Shown: one piece after another, positions 36,204-46,423 of the stretch | Numbering within the stretch: the first letter of the stretch is position 1 | Layout: each line of letters begins with the position of its first letter | From: Catalinimonas alkaloidigena | GTDB taxonomy: Bacteria; Bacteroidota; Bacteroidia; Cytophagales; Flexibacteraceae | Length of the DNA stretch: 64,000 bases | Direction: 5' to 3' | NCBI RefSeq assembly: GCF_900100765.1 | Contig: NZ_FNFO01000003.1 | Coordinates: 469,348 to 533,347 of the forward strand | Translations under genes and position numbers: made by a program | Notes under the pieces: model-generated | Database searches by the model: none | Told to the model about the DNA's origin: nothing | Seen by the model: only the letters and a program-made list of their open reading frames with translations

Positions 36204-38132
36204 CTATGCGTTTGTATGCACCGTTGCAATGCGGTTGATGATGAAATGGTACCGCACGCCTTGATCTTCGCTGGTGTGGATGCTCCCGGCGATGACCAGA
36301 AACTCTTCGCTCTTGCCGTTGCTCTTGTTGAGTGAGACTACACCTTGCCAGTAGTGACCGGCTTCCAGTTTTCGTTTGAGATCCGCCAACTGATCGCCAT
36401 CGGTCATCAGATCATGTAACGAAAAGCTCATTACCTTATCGGTGGCATGCCCGAGGAATTCTTTAGCCCGGCCATTAGTCAACTGAATGCGGAACCTGGT
36501 ATCTGTTTCGAGCAACAGGCTCGTTGAGTTGATCAGTTCTTCTTTGTCGTGGGCAGCACGTTGGGCACGTTGCATCTCCTCTTGGGTGGCTTGCAACTCT
36601 TCCATGTTTTGCCGCATTTCTTCTTCCTGCGCACGCATCTGCTCAGTGAGCATCTGCGACTCTTCCAGCAGATGTGACGTACGTTGGTTGATGCGCACGG
36701 ACGAAATGGTCGACGCGATGCTTGTCCCGATTTTTTCGACAAACTCGACTTCGTGCGGAGCGAAGATCTGGAAAGAAGCCATCTCGATGACGCCAAACAC
36801 TTCTTCGTTCACACGCAACGGCACAATCAGAATACAGGTAGGATTGGCATCACCCAGGCCGGAACGAATCGTTACGTAGTTATCGGGAACGTCCGTGATG
36901 TAAATCGTACTGTTTTCCTGCCAGGCTTGGCCTGCCAGCCCTTCGCCAATGTCGATACGTTGATTCAGGTGCTTTTTCCGATCCCAGGCATAACACCCTT
37001 GCAACTCCAGGTACGGATCGTCCGGGTTGTCTTCGTTCAGAATGAAAATGCGTCCTTGGTTGGCCTTGGTGTATTTAACCAAGTTACCGATGATGTGGTC
37101 GGCCAGTTCGGCCAGGTTGTTGGTATTCTGGCGCAAGATTTCACCAAAGCGGGCCAAACCTTCCGTTGTCCAGTTACGGCGAGCTTCGTCTTCGGCGACC
37201 TGCTGCAGGTTACGGCGCATTTCCAAGAGGGCAGATCCCAATACGTCGTTTTCGCTCAAGGGCGTAAACTCGGCTTTCAGATTGCCTTGCCCAATGTTTT
37301 CTGCAAACTGTGCCGTTTGACGCAAGCCAACGGACAGTTTGTTAACGGCCTCGGCCATGTCGCCCATCTCGTCGTTGCTGAAACGCTTGGTGCTTTCTTC
37401 GGGTAGCTCCCCGCGTCCCATCTGTTGTACGATGCTGCTGATGTAGGAAATAGGACGCGTAATAGAACGGCTGGTAATGTAGGCGATCAGCATGCCGACC
37501 ACTGTAATCCCGATACCCAGCGAAAGGACGATGGTCATGAGCAGGCTCGACGAGTCGATAATTTCCTGCTTGGTGCTGGCCAGTTCCGTCTTTTTTTGTT
37601 GTTGCAGCTTGTCGATGCGTTGCAACAGCGAGGCCGTCGAGGGTAAGACTACTTCTTCGATCACGCTCTCCCCTTCTACCATTTTCTTTACCGGATCTTC
37701 GTAATCTTCGAAGGTCACCAGCGTAGACATGATCCGTTTTTCGGTTGCCAGCAACGCATCGAATTCCTGCAAGATGGTGTCCATCTGAGCGATCTCCGTC
37801 GAATCTTCCCACTGTTGGCTCAGTTCTTTGACGCGCGCCTGCAACGTGGGGTATTCGACGTTATGCAACGTCCGCAAATCTTGCTTGTCTTCTTCGTTGG
37901 TTTGCAGATACACCCAGTTGGTAATCAGCATTTTTGATCGGATGGCCGTGTTTTCCAACTGGTCAATGGCTTCCATCGAAGGTTCGACTACGTCGGAACT
38001 CCGACTTAGCCCTTCTTCACTTTGATTGAGGGTGATAATACTCAGGACGGCATTTAATGCGAAGAAGGAAATCAGTACGGAAAATCCGAGAAAAATCTTC
38101 TTCCCTAGCCCGAATCGTGTTTTTTTCATCAT
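36204..38132 (-). CDS. Membrane signalling protein: periplasmic helical sensor, TM, HAMP, GAF, coiled coil, C-terminal PAS. No kinase or other output domain.
   Basis: 642 aa. N-terminal TM (IFLGFSVLISFFALNAVLSII), a second TM (LMTIVLSLGIGITVVGMLIAYI) followed by a HAMP-like segment, a GAF-like region (GRIFILNED...CILIVPLRVNEEVFGVIEMAS), and a PAS-like tail. Confidence 0.65.
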   Translation of the reverse strand: MMKKTRFGLGKKIFLGFSVLISFFALNAVLSIITLNQSEEGLSRSSDVVEPSMEAIDQLENTAIRSKMLITNWVYLQTNEEDKQDLRTLHNVEYPTLQARVKELSQQWEDSTEIAQMDTILQEFDALLATEKRIMSTLVTFEDYEDPVKKMVEGESVIEEVVLPSTASLLQRIDKLQQQKKTELASTKQEIIDSSSLLMTIVLSLGIGITVVGMLIAYITSRSITRPISYISSIVQQMGRGELPEESTKRFSNDEMGDMAEAVNKLSVGLRQTAQFAENIGQGNLKAEFTPLSENDVLGSALLEMRRNLQQVAEDEARRNWTTEGLARFGEILRQNTNNLAELADHIIGNLVKYTKANQGRIFILNEDNPDDPYLELQGCYAWDRKKHLNQRIDIGEGLAGQAWQENSTIYITDVPDNYVTIRSGLGDANPTCILIVPLRVNEEVFGVIEMASFQIFAPHEVEFVEKIGTSIASTISSVRINQRTSHLLEESQMLTEQMRAQEEEMRQNMEELQATQEEMQRAQRAAHDKEELINSTSLLLETDTRFRIQLTNGRAKEFLGHATDKVMSFSLHDLMTDGDQLADLKRKLEAGHYWQGVVSLNKSNGKSEEFLVIAGSIHTSEDQGVRYHFIINRIATVHTNA

Positions 38133-38410
38133 AAAAAAGGATCAGAACCGCTACGCTCGGTGATATGTGTATATGGTGATTTCGAGGGGCTAAAATAGAT
38201 ATATGAGATGGGCAGGACTCGCTAAAACACTTTATATCAATACTGAAGAAAGTTTTGACCCGAAATGATATGAATCATTGCACATATAGCGCGTGTCCAG
38301 GCCCTCTGCCTAACGGTTGCCCCTCGGTTTAGTAGCATAAAGTAGGAATTCCCGGGTTGCGGTCCGAAAACCGCCCCCGGGGGGAATGGAAAAGCCACGT
38401 AACTATTGCT

Positions 38411-38418
38411 TAAATTTG
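38411..38418 (+). promoter_or_regulatory. Bacteroidetes -7 promoter element (TAAATTTG) for prfA
   Basis: TAnnTTTG located 19 nt upstream of the ATG at 38437. Confidence 0.35.
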
Positions 38419-38436
38419 CCCCCTATTTAGACAATT

Positions 38437-39507
38437 ATGATTGACAAGTTAGAGGCTATACGTCAGCGTTTTGAAGAAGTGGGGCACCTGATTGTTCAGC
38501 CCGATGTGGTGAGTGACATGAAACGGTACTCAAAATTGAGCAAAGAGTATAAGGACTTAGAGAAGATTGTCGAAAAGTACCGCCCTTACCGCCTGACGTT
38601 AGATAATATCGAAAATGCGAAGCAATTGCTGACTACCGAAAAGGACCCCGAGTTCCGGGAGATGGCCAAGGAGGAGTTGGAGACGTTGCAGGAAACCCGC
38701 GAGGCGCAGGAGGAGGAGCTGAAAACCATGCTCATTCCGAAAGACCCGAACGACAGCCGCAACGTCATCATGGAGATCCGTGGTGGAGCCGGGGGAGATG
38801 AAGCCGCCATTTTTGCCGGCGACTTGTTCCGGATGTACCAGCGCTTTGCTGAAGAGCGCAACTGGCGCATGGAGATTCTGGATTACACCGAAGGGACGTC
38901 GGGAGGCTATAAAGAAATCATTGCCAACGTTTCGGGCGACGATGTCTACGGCATGTTGAAATGGGAGTCGGGCGTTCACCGGGTGCAGCGGGTTCCCGCT
39001 ACCGAAACGCAGGGACGCGTCCACACTTCGGCGGCCAGCGTGGCGGTATTACCCGAAGTTGAAGAGGTGGACGTGGAGCTCAACATGAACGACATCCGTA
39101 AAGACACGTTCTGCTCGTCCGGTCCTGGTGGGCAGTCGGTCAATACTACCTATTCGGCCATTCGCCTGACCCACATCCCCACGGGAATCGTGGTGCAGTG
39201 CCAGGACGAAAAGTCGCAGATCAAAAATTTCGAGAAAGCCCTGAAGGTCCTCCGCTCGCGGTTGTACGATATCGAATTGGCAAAGCAGAACGAAGAATTG
39301 GGTGCGCAACGCAAAGCCATGGTGGGCAGCGGCGACCGCTCCGACAAGATCAGAACCTACAACTACCCCCAAAGCCGTGTGACGGATCACCGCATTGGCC
39401 ACACGGTCTATAACCTCCCGGCCGTCATGGATGGTGACATTGGCGACTTTATCGAGCAATTGCGCCTGGCCGACAACGCAGAGAAGCTAAAAGAAGGGCA
39501 AGCGTGA
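38437..39507 (+). CDS. prfA: Peptide chain release factor 1
   Basis: 356 aa with the PAT tripeptide ([15 protein letters not shown]), GGQ (SGPGGQSVN), and the RF1 C-terminal region. Confidence 0.9.
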   Translation: MIDKLEAIRQRFEEVGHLIVQPDVVSDMKRYSKLSKEYKDLEKIVEKYRPYRLTLDNIENAKQLLTTEKDPEFREMAKEELETLQETREAQEEELKTMLIPKDPNDSRNVIMEIRGGAGGDEAAIFAGDLFRMYQRFAEERNWRMEILDYTEGTSGGYKEIIANVSGDDVYGMLKWESGVHRVQRVPATETQGRVHTSAASVAVLPEVEEVDVELNMNDIRKDTFCSSGPGGQSVNTTYSAIRLTHIPTGIVVQCQDEKSQIKNFEKALKVLRSRLYDIELAKQNEELGAQRKAMVGSGDRSDKIRTYNYPQSRVTDHRIGHTVYNLPAVMDGDIGDFIEQLRLADNAEKLKEGQA

Positions 39508-39551
39508 CGCTGCTGCATACCAACCGGGCCTTTGGAGCGTTTCTTCTTCGC

Positions 39552-41015
39552 ATGAAGACCACTTTCTCTTGCCTGGCGGTACTGTTGTTTTTAGTCTGGG
39601 CTTGTGAGCCGATCGATGAGGTCATTACCACCGACCCCTCCGATCAGCTTTCTTTTTCTGCCGATACGCTTCGGTTTGATACGGTATTTACCGACATCAA
39701 AACGGCAACGCGCCGGCTACGGATTTACAATCCACATCGGAAGGCCATCAAAATCGATGCGGTGTCGCTGGCCAATCCCGAAGGGCCCTTCACCCTTGTG
39801 GTCAACGGCCGGTCCGGTCCGGTAGTCGATAACATCGTTGTGCGCGGGGGCGACAGTCTACTGGTCTTGATCGAAGCAACCATCGACGCTCAAGATCAGG
39901 ACAATCCGTTTGTGATTGAAGACAAGCTCGTGGTCCAGAGCAACGGCAACCAGCAGCAGGTGATGCTCGAAGCCTGGGGGCAGGACGCCTATTACCTTCG
40001 GAACGTAGCGCTTGCCTGTTCGGGAGAAGCCATTACCTGGACCAAAGACCGCCCCTATGTGCTTTTCGAAGGAGTATTGGTCCCCCCGGGATGTACGCTC
40101 AACGTCGAGGCTGGCACCCGCCTCTATATGCACAGCACCGCCGTTTTGGTGGTACAGGGCACGTTGCACATCAACGGTACGCCCTCTGAGGTGGTTCGGA
40201 TTACCAGCACGCGCGATTTTACCGGCGCCGAAAGTAAGGACCCTTACTTGAACCAGCCAAACCAGTGGGGCGGAATCATTTTTGTGAACGGGAGTACTGA
40301 CAATCGGATCGATTTTACTGACATTAAAAACGGGGAACGTTTTCAGGTAGGATTACCCGACGTAGAAGGACCCGTCGACTTGCAGATCTCCAACTCGCTC
40401 ATCGCCAACATGGCCAGCAATACGTTCTGGTGCTACAAGCCCACTTCGCTGGTGGCGTATAACAACCTTTTTATCAACGGTGGCGAGCGGCTCTTGGCGG
40501 CATTGGGAGGTACCTATTATTTCGCGCACAACACGTTCGCCTACAATACCAACCTGCGGACGATCCGCCGGACCGCAGCGGTGGTAATTTCCGATTTGTA
40601 CAGTTATTATAATGAGGAGGGGCAAGAGATCGAGGCGCAAGTTCCCTATTCTTTCTTCTTTGTCAACAACATTGTGTCCGGGCGCAATGAAGAAGAATTC
40701 CAGATGGGTCTGTCAACTCCCGAAAGCCAGGCAGAAATCCATAATAATGTTATTTCGCTGCGCGATGCCTCTAAGTTGCCCCTCGAAGACTTCGCTTCGG
40801 CAAACCGGCTGATTTCCTGGGAACTTGATTTTGCTAACCCGATCGAGTACGACTTCCGACTCGATACACTCGACACAGATTCTCCGGCCCGGCAGTACGG
40901 CGCTGACCTCACGACCTTTTCGCTGCCGGGCGTACGCACGTCCGATTTGCGGCGCGATTTTTTAAACGGTCCCCGCAGCCTGACCACACCCAACGTCGGC
41001 GCCATCGAAGAATAA
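39552..41015 (+). CDS. Hypothetical lipoprotein, possibly beta-helix fold
   Basis: Real start is probably the ATG at 39552 (MKTTFSCLAVLLFLVWACEP). About 487 aa, with repetitive N/G/T-rich beta segments. Confidence 0.45.
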   Translation: MKTTFSCLAVLLFLVWACEPIDEVITTDPSDQLSFSADTLRFDTVFTDIKTATRRLRIYNPHRKAIKIDAVSLANPEGPFTLVVNGRSGPVVDNIVVRGGDSLLVLIEATIDAQDQDNPFVIEDKLVVQSNGNQQQVMLEAWGQDAYYLRNVALACSGEAITWTKDRPYVLFEGVLVPPGCTLNVEAGTRLYMHSTAVLVVQGTLHINGTPSEVVRITSTRDFTGAESKDPYLNQPNQWGGIIFVNGSTDNRIDFTDIKNGERFQVGLPDVEGPVDLQISNSLIANMASNTFWCYKPTSLVAYNNLFINGGERLLAALGGTYYFAHNTFAYNTNLRTIRRTAAVVISDLYSYYNEEGQEIEAQVPYSFFFVNNIVSGRNEEEFQMGLSTPESQAEIHNNVISLRDASKLPLEDFASANRLISWELDFANPIEYDFRLDTLDTDSPARQYGADLTTFSLPGVRTSDLRRDFLNGPRSLTTPNVGAIEE

Positions 41016-41074
41016 AGACGCCCGGCAGCTTGGCTGCCAGGCGATCATGAAACAAATGGAAACAGATGGTTTTG

Positions 41075-41647
41075 TTAGATCAAGCCTGCTTTGGCTTCAA
41101 TGTTCAACCGCACGGTGACCCCCAGGGTGACGGGCGTCTGGTTGACAGTACCGGTTATGTAAAAACGAAGAGTCTTTTTGGTCATCAGTGAGGCAGCCAG
41201 TAGGTCTGTGTTTTCTGACGGAAACGCGACAAACGCTTGCTGCGCATACAGATCGGCAACGTTCAGATTTCTGAAGTGCGCTAATACAACCGGGGTATCA
41301 TTCTCGTTTTCCGTATAGCTCAAGGTGCCGGTCTCCAGCAACAGATCCTGTTTGTTGTCAGGGCTGGTGACCAGCGAATCGACTTTGTAAGCCAAAGCAA
41401 TGATCGATATAGTTTGCAGACGGTTGGCATACTTGTCCAGCTCCTCGTCGTCGAGGGGATCGTAGACCACCTTCTCAGAGATACTTTTGGCGCTTCCCAT
41501 AGAGGAAAGCAGGAAACTCACGTCCAGATTACGAGTGAAGGTCACCGTCGTAACGCGTTTTACATTCTCGCAGCTTGCTAACAGGAATACTACGCTTAGC
41601 AAGCCTATTACTTTGGCACCCCAGGCACTCGCTTTGATCCTACTCAT
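41075..41647 (-). CDS. Hypothetical lipoprotein
   Basis: 190 aa with a lipobox (LLASCEN). A 252-bp AT-rich region lies upstream. Confidence 0.45.
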   Translation of the reverse strand: MSRIKASAWGAKVIGLLSVVFLLASCENVKRVTTVTFTRNLDVSFLLSSMGSAKSISEKVVYDPLDDEELDKYANRLQTISIIALAYKVDSLVTSPDNKQDLLLETGTLSYTENENDTPVVLAHFRNLNVADLYAQQAFVAFPSENTDLLAASLMTKKTLRFYITGTVNQTPVTLGVTVRLNIEAKAGLI

Positions 41648-41899
41648 ATATAATTAAACTATATCAAGTTGACAGAGCAAAGATCAGCGAAGCGTGATAC
41701 AAAAAAAATTCTATATTTTACCAGAAATAACCTATTGCACTTAGGCCAGAGTCTATGCTGCCTTCAACCGTTAATTACTTCCAAACCAGCGAGATAAATG
41801 AATTCTACGCCAGCACCGAGGGAATGGCACTAGTCGCAAAGCAATAAAAAAATTTGGCGACCAAGCTGGATTATACAAATATCTTACAAGGAATAAGCC

Positions 41900-43219
41900 C
41901 TACCGCCGCCGGCGCGGCCGCTTGCCTGACTTTTTGGTTGGGCTCTTTTTGGTGGGCGAAGGGCGACGCTTCTTTTCGTGAAAGGCACCTTGATAAGTAG
42001 GATCTTCTCGCTTGCGCTGCTGATCGATCGCGCGCGCCATCTCCTGCTGTTCCTCAAACGAGGTGGCCACCACGGGAACCGCTTCCGGTAACGCATGGCG
42101 GGGAATGGCGCCGTGAATGATTTTCTCGATCCGCTCGATGTGGTAGGCCTCGGCGGGGTTCATCAGCGTTACCGATACACCTTCGTGTTCGGCACGTCCG
42201 GTGCGCCCCACACGGTGCACGTAGTCTTCGTACACAATAGGCACATCAAAGTTGATCACGTGGGTTACGTCCTGTACATCGATGCCCCTGGAAGCGACGT
42301 CGGTTGCTACCAGTACGTGTAGCTCTCCCGCTCGGAAAGCATTCATGGCATTGAGGCGGGCGTTCTGATCTTTGTTGGCGTGGATAACCCGAACCCGCTC
42401 TCCCCATTCGCGGACCAGCCTGTTGTAAATGTAGTTGGCCGTCGTACGGGTTTTGGTAAAAATAAACGCGCGGGCTACCTCGTCCTGCCGCAACAGGTGC
42501 GTCACGAAATTGAGCTTGGTGGCCTGATTGGGCACCTCGTACAACCGCTGCTCTACCGTTTCGGTTACGGTTGCTTGGGGTGCCACTTCTACACGCTCCG
42601 GAAATTCCAGGAACTCCTCCGAGAGGCGCAGCACCTTGTCGGGCATGGTGGCCGAAAACAGCAGATTCTGCCGCTTGCGGGGGATGATCTCTAACAGTTG
42701 GCGGATCTGGGGCATAAAGCCCATGTCCATCATCTTGTCGGCTTCGTCTAGCACGAGCACCTTCAGTTCTTTCAGGATCAGCGTGCCTTTCCGGTAATGG
42801 TCCATCAGGCGGCCGGGCGTCGCAATCACCAGATCGAGCCCCGCTTCGATGGCATCGGTCTGCATTTTGAAGCCCGTTCCCCCGTAGAGTGCGGCGTGCC
42901 GCAGGTCAAGGTGGCGGTTCAGTTGCGCGACGTGCTCGTTCAACTGAATGGCCAGCTCGCGGGTCGGGGCCAGAATCAACCCACGCGGATGCTCCCCCTG
43001 GGCGTACTTCAATTTCATAAGTAGCGGCAACACGAAGGCCGCCGTTTTGCCGGTACCCGTGGGCGCGATGCCCAGCACGTCGTGTCCCGCCATGATGAGC
43101 GGAATGGTACGTTGCTGCACAGCTGTGGGACTATCAAAGCCGGCGTCGGCAATGGCGTCCAACAACTGGCGGTTGAGCTTCAGGTCAGCAAAAGAAGGAG
43201 GATCGGTTGTGCTACTCAT
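41900..43219 (-). CDS. DEAD-box ATP-dependent RNA helicase (RhlE-like) with basic C-terminal tail
   Basis: 439 aa. Q motif and Walker A (APTGTGKTAAF), DEAD (VLDEAD), SAT, HRVGRTGR, and a K/R-rich C-terminus. Confidence 0.9.
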   Translation of the reverse strand: MSSTTDPPSFADLKLNRQLLDAIADAGFDSPTAVQQRTIPLIMAGHDVLGIAPTGTGKTAAFVLPLLMKLKYAQGEHPRGLILAPTRELAIQLNEHVAQLNRHLDLRHAALYGGTGFKMQTDAIEAGLDLVIATPGRLMDHYRKGTLILKELKVLVLDEADKMMDMGFMPQIRQLLEIIPRKRQNLLFSATMPDKVLRLSEEFLEFPERVEVAPQATVTETVEQRLYEVPNQATKLNFVTHLLRQDEVARAFIFTKTRTTANYIYNRLVREWGERVRVIHANKDQNARLNAMNAFRAGELHVLVATDVASRGIDVQDVTHVINFDVPIVYEDYVHRVGRTGRAEHEGVSVTLMNPAEAYHIERIEKIIHGAIPRHALPEAVPVVATSFEEQQEMARAIDQQRKREDPTYQGAFHEKKRRPSPTKKSPTKKSGKRPRRRR

Positions 43220-43270
43220 GCCGCAAAGTTCGGCATTAATCCGCAGAGCAGCTCCGAAAGAAAAATGCGG

Positions 43271-44260
43271 TTAGGAGGTTTTGCCGGTAGACTGTCCACT
43301 ATCGCCCGCAATGTTGCTGCGCATGTCGGTATCCGCCTGAATGTTCTGCAGTCGATAGTAGTCCATCACCCCCAGGTTGCCGCTTTGGAAGGCCGACGCA
43401 ATGGCTTTCGGCACTTCGGCCTCGGCTTCGATTACGCGCGCGCGTGCTTCCTGGGCTTTGGCCCGCATCTCCTGCTCTACCGCTACGGCCATGGCGCGCC
43501 GCTCTTCGGCTTTGGCTTCTGCCACTTTGAGGTCGGCATTGGCCTGGTCGATCTGCAACTTTGCCCCGATGTTGGTCCCGACGTCGACGTCGGCAATGTC
43601 GATGGAAAGGATTTCAAAGGCCGTTCCGGCATCCAGACCACGCTGTAACACGAGCTTGGAGATTTTGTCGGGATTTTCCAGCACATCCTTGTGAGAAGCC
43701 GCCGACCCAATGGAGGTCACAATTCCCTCGCCGACCCGCGCCAGGATGGTGTCTTCGCCTGCGCCGCCAACCAGCTGTTGAATGTTGGCCCGCACCGTAA
43801 CGCGCGCTTTGGCAATCAGCTGAATGCCGTCGGCCGCTACGGCGGCTACGTTGGGCGTGTTGATCACTTTAGGATTAACGGAAATCTGCACCGCTTCAAA
43901 TACGTCGCGCCCCGCCAGGTCGATGGCCGTGGCCTGCTTGAACGTGAGGTTGATGTTGGCTTTGTCGGCCGAAATGAGCGCTTTAATGACCGACGGCACG
44001 TTGCCTCCGGCCAGATAGTGGGTTTCGATCTCGCTGCTCGAGACCTGGAGCCCCGCTTTGGTGGCGGTAATCAGCGATTCGACCACGATCCGCGGGGGCA
44101 CCTTCCGAATCCGCATGAAGACCAGTTCAAAAAGATTGATCCTGACTCCGGAAAATACCGCCGTAATCCAGAGGTTCAGCGGCACGAAGTACAGAAAGAG
44201 GTAGATCAGCACAATGCCGACCACGATCAGTATGACGACAGACAGAAATCCTTCACCCAT
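43271..44260 (-). CDS. floA: Flotillin-like protein FloA (UPF0365/YqfA family)
   Basis: 329 aa, collinear with high identity to Bacillus FloA as I recall it (HYLAGGNV...[22 protein letters not shown]...[15 protein letters not shown]...[12 protein letters not shown]). Confidence 0.9.
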   Translation of the reverse strand: MGEGFLSVVILIVVGIVLIYLFLYFVPLNLWITAVFSGVRINLFELVFMRIRKVPPRIVVESLITATKAGLQVSSSEIETHYLAGGNVPSVIKALISADKANINLTFKQATAIDLAGRDVFEAVQISVNPKVINTPNVAAVAADGIQLIAKARVTVRANIQQLVGGAGEDTILARVGEGIVTSIGSAASHKDVLENPDKISKLVLQRGLDAGTAFEILSIDIADVDVGTNIGAKLQIDQANADLKVAEAKAEERRAMAVAVEQEMRAKAQEARARVIEAEAEVPKAIASAFQSGNLGVMDYYRLQNIQADTDMRSNIAGDSGQSTGKTS

Positions 44261-44269
44261 GGTAGGTTT

Positions 44270-44734
44270 TTATGTAGGTTTTATAGTTTCGACCGTTACT
44301 CTATTGTTATCGATCCGTAAGATGCGCACTTTTGAGCTTTCGGGCACAAAGCCGTCCTGCGAAAACACCTCGAATGTGCCCGCCGGAAACTCGGCTTTCC
44401 CGTAAGGACGCAGGGCCGAAAGCGTCTCGCCCACTTCGCCGGGCTTCAGCAGGCGTTCACTTTGGTCGTTGGTGCGACCCAAGAGGCGGTCCTGCAAAGC
44501 AAAGCGTTGCCACGACTCTGAACGAAATCCATAATAAAAGGCCACTCCAGCGACCAGCGCGGCGCCTAACAACACCCCCGTGCCCCACAACGGACCGTGG
44601 GCACGGTAGGTCAGGTAGATTCCGATCGCCGCGCAGAGCCCTCCGGCAATGCCGACAATGGTGGTGCCCGGCACAAAGAGCACCTCAATCAAAATTAGTA
44701 CAATGCCGATGCCTAACAACGTGGCGATTAACAT
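44270..44734 (-). CDS. NfeD-like membrane protein (short form) partnered with FloA
   Basis: 154 aa with two N-terminal TM helices and a C-terminal OB-fold-like segment (GEVGETLSALRPYGKAEF). A 9-bp gap separates it from floA. Confidence 0.7.
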   Translation of the reverse strand: MLIATLLGIGIVLILIEVLFVPGTTIVGIAGGLCAAIGIYLTYRAHGPLWGTGVLLGAALVAGVAFYYGFRSESWQRFALQDRLLGRTNDQSERLLKPGEVGETLSALRPYGKAEFPAGTFEVFSQDGFVPESSKVRILRIDNNRVTVETIKPT

Positions 44735-44886
44735 ACGACGCGAATTGACGAGAAAAGATAAGCAAAATAATCAATTGCGCGGGGTTTAAGGGCACGAGGC
44801 GCGGCAGGTGTACAGAGGCAATGAGAGTTATTCTTGCTTCACAAATATCATTTTTTACCTTTGTATAGTTAAATTTTCCCCCTTTT

Positions 44887-46416
44887 ATGGAAAATCTGAG
44901 AAGTCTGATTGAATTAGTTACGAAGAAACGTATCAAAAAAATCGAGCTGTTTGACGAAGGCAGCCGTAATAAAAACAGTAACTACTTCCAGCTTTTCGAT
45001 GGTATTCATTCCGGTCGATTTAAGACCGACGAAGAAGCAGCCGCCGAAATTTACCAGTGCGACCCGGCCGAAAAGAAGTACCTCATTCTGAAAACCCGGC
45101 TAAAACAAAAGCTGCTCAACACGCTCTTTTTTCTGGATTTTCACGATCCTGACGTAGCGGAATACAAGGCGGTTGCCTACGAGTGTAACAAGACGCTTTT
45201 CAACGCCCGTGTCTTACTTTTGCACAATTCTGCCCGTTTGGCCATCCCTGCCGTAGAAAAAGCGCTCAAACAAGCCGAATCCTACTACCTGACTGAGATT
45301 GCATTAGAGTGCGCACGCATCCTGCGCCAGCACGCCAGCAAAGAGGGGCCCTACAAAGAATTTCTGCGGTACTGCGAACAAGCCGACTATGCCGAGAACC
45401 GCCTGCGAATCGAAAACCTGTCGGAGCGGTATTGGGAAGAGGCCACCGCGCTGCTGCGCAAGTCGAAGACCAGCCGCGACAAGGTGCGGGAAGTGGCCAA
45501 GAAGGGCTACGAAGACCTGGAACAGTCGCTCAATCTGTTTGCCAGTCCCTGGCTCATGATGAACTACTACCGGCTGAAGTCCCTCTACTTTCAGTTGGTC
45601 GACGATTACAAAGAGGCCCTCGTCGTTACGGAAGAGACGGAGCATTTTGCCGTACTCCACCCGCATCACTTCACGCGGGCCGATCTGGCGCGCATTGTGT
45701 TACGCCGCATGAACTACCTGCTCCACCTACGCGATCTGGAGACGGGCGCGGCGACGGTCGAAGCGGGCGAAAAGTACTTTATCGAAGGGAACGATCAGTG
45801 GGTGACGTTGCACGAGTATTACTTCCTGCTGGCCATGCACGCGGAAGATTACCTACGAGCGGCCAACATCTTTCAGAAAGTAGTGCTGCACTCCAGCTTC
45901 CGGCAAATCAGCGGGAACCGGAAAGAACGCTGGCTGATTTTCCAGGCGTACCTGCATTACCTGTACAAAACGGCTAACCTGAAAGAAATCCGTCCCCTGA
46001 TCCAAAATTCGAAAACGGGGTTCCGGTTCAACGAGTTTATGGCCGAGTTGCCCGAGTTTTCGAAGAAAAAGCGCGGGCTGAACGTAGCACGCCTCACGGT
46101 ACAGACGCTCTATCATCTCGAAAAGATGAACGTGGAGTACCTCAACCGCTGCACCGACGAACTGGCGCGGTACACACGACGCTATCCCAAAAAGGACCTT
46201 CACTTCCGCAGCGAGTGCCTCATCAGCCTGATGACCAACATGCGTCAGGAAGAATTCCGCTACTACCAGACACGTCGGAGTTCCGAGCGCATCTACGAAG
46301 AAATGCGGCAAACGTCGATGCAGTACCTGGGGGGCAACTGGGGCCTGGAAGTGATGCCGTACGAGGCCCTCTGGGGCATGATGCTCGACCGCCTCAAAGA
46401 CCACCGCTACGGGTGA
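44887..46416 (+). CDS. Hypothetical all-helical (TPR-like) cytoplasmic protein
   Basis: 509 aa. No recognisable catalytic motif. It is divergent from the FloA operon. Confidence 0.4.
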   Translation: MENLRSLIELVTKKRIKKIELFDEGSRNKNSNYFQLFDGIHSGRFKTDEEAAAEIYQCDPAEKKYLILKTRLKQKLLNTLFFLDFHDPDVAEYKAVAYECNKTLFNARVLLLHNSARLAIPAVEKALKQAESYYLTEIALECARILRQHASKEGPYKEFLRYCEQADYAENRLRIENLSERYWEEATALLRKSKTSRDKVREVAKKGYEDLEQSLNLFASPWLMMNYYRLKSLYFQLVDDYKEALVVTEETEHFAVLHPHHFTRADLARIVLRRMNYLLHLRDLETGAATVEAGEKYFIEGNDQWVTLHEYYFLLAMHAEDYLRAANIFQKVVLHSSFRQISGNRKERWLIFQAYLHYLYKTANLKEIRPLIQNSKTGFRFNEFMAELPEFSKKKRGLNVARLTVQTLYHLEKMNVEYLNRCTDELARYTRRYPKKDLHFRSECLISLMTNMRQEEFRYYQTRRSSERIYEEMRQTSMQYLGGNWGLEVMPYEALWGMMLDRLKDHRYG

Positions 46417-46423
46417 TGCGCGA

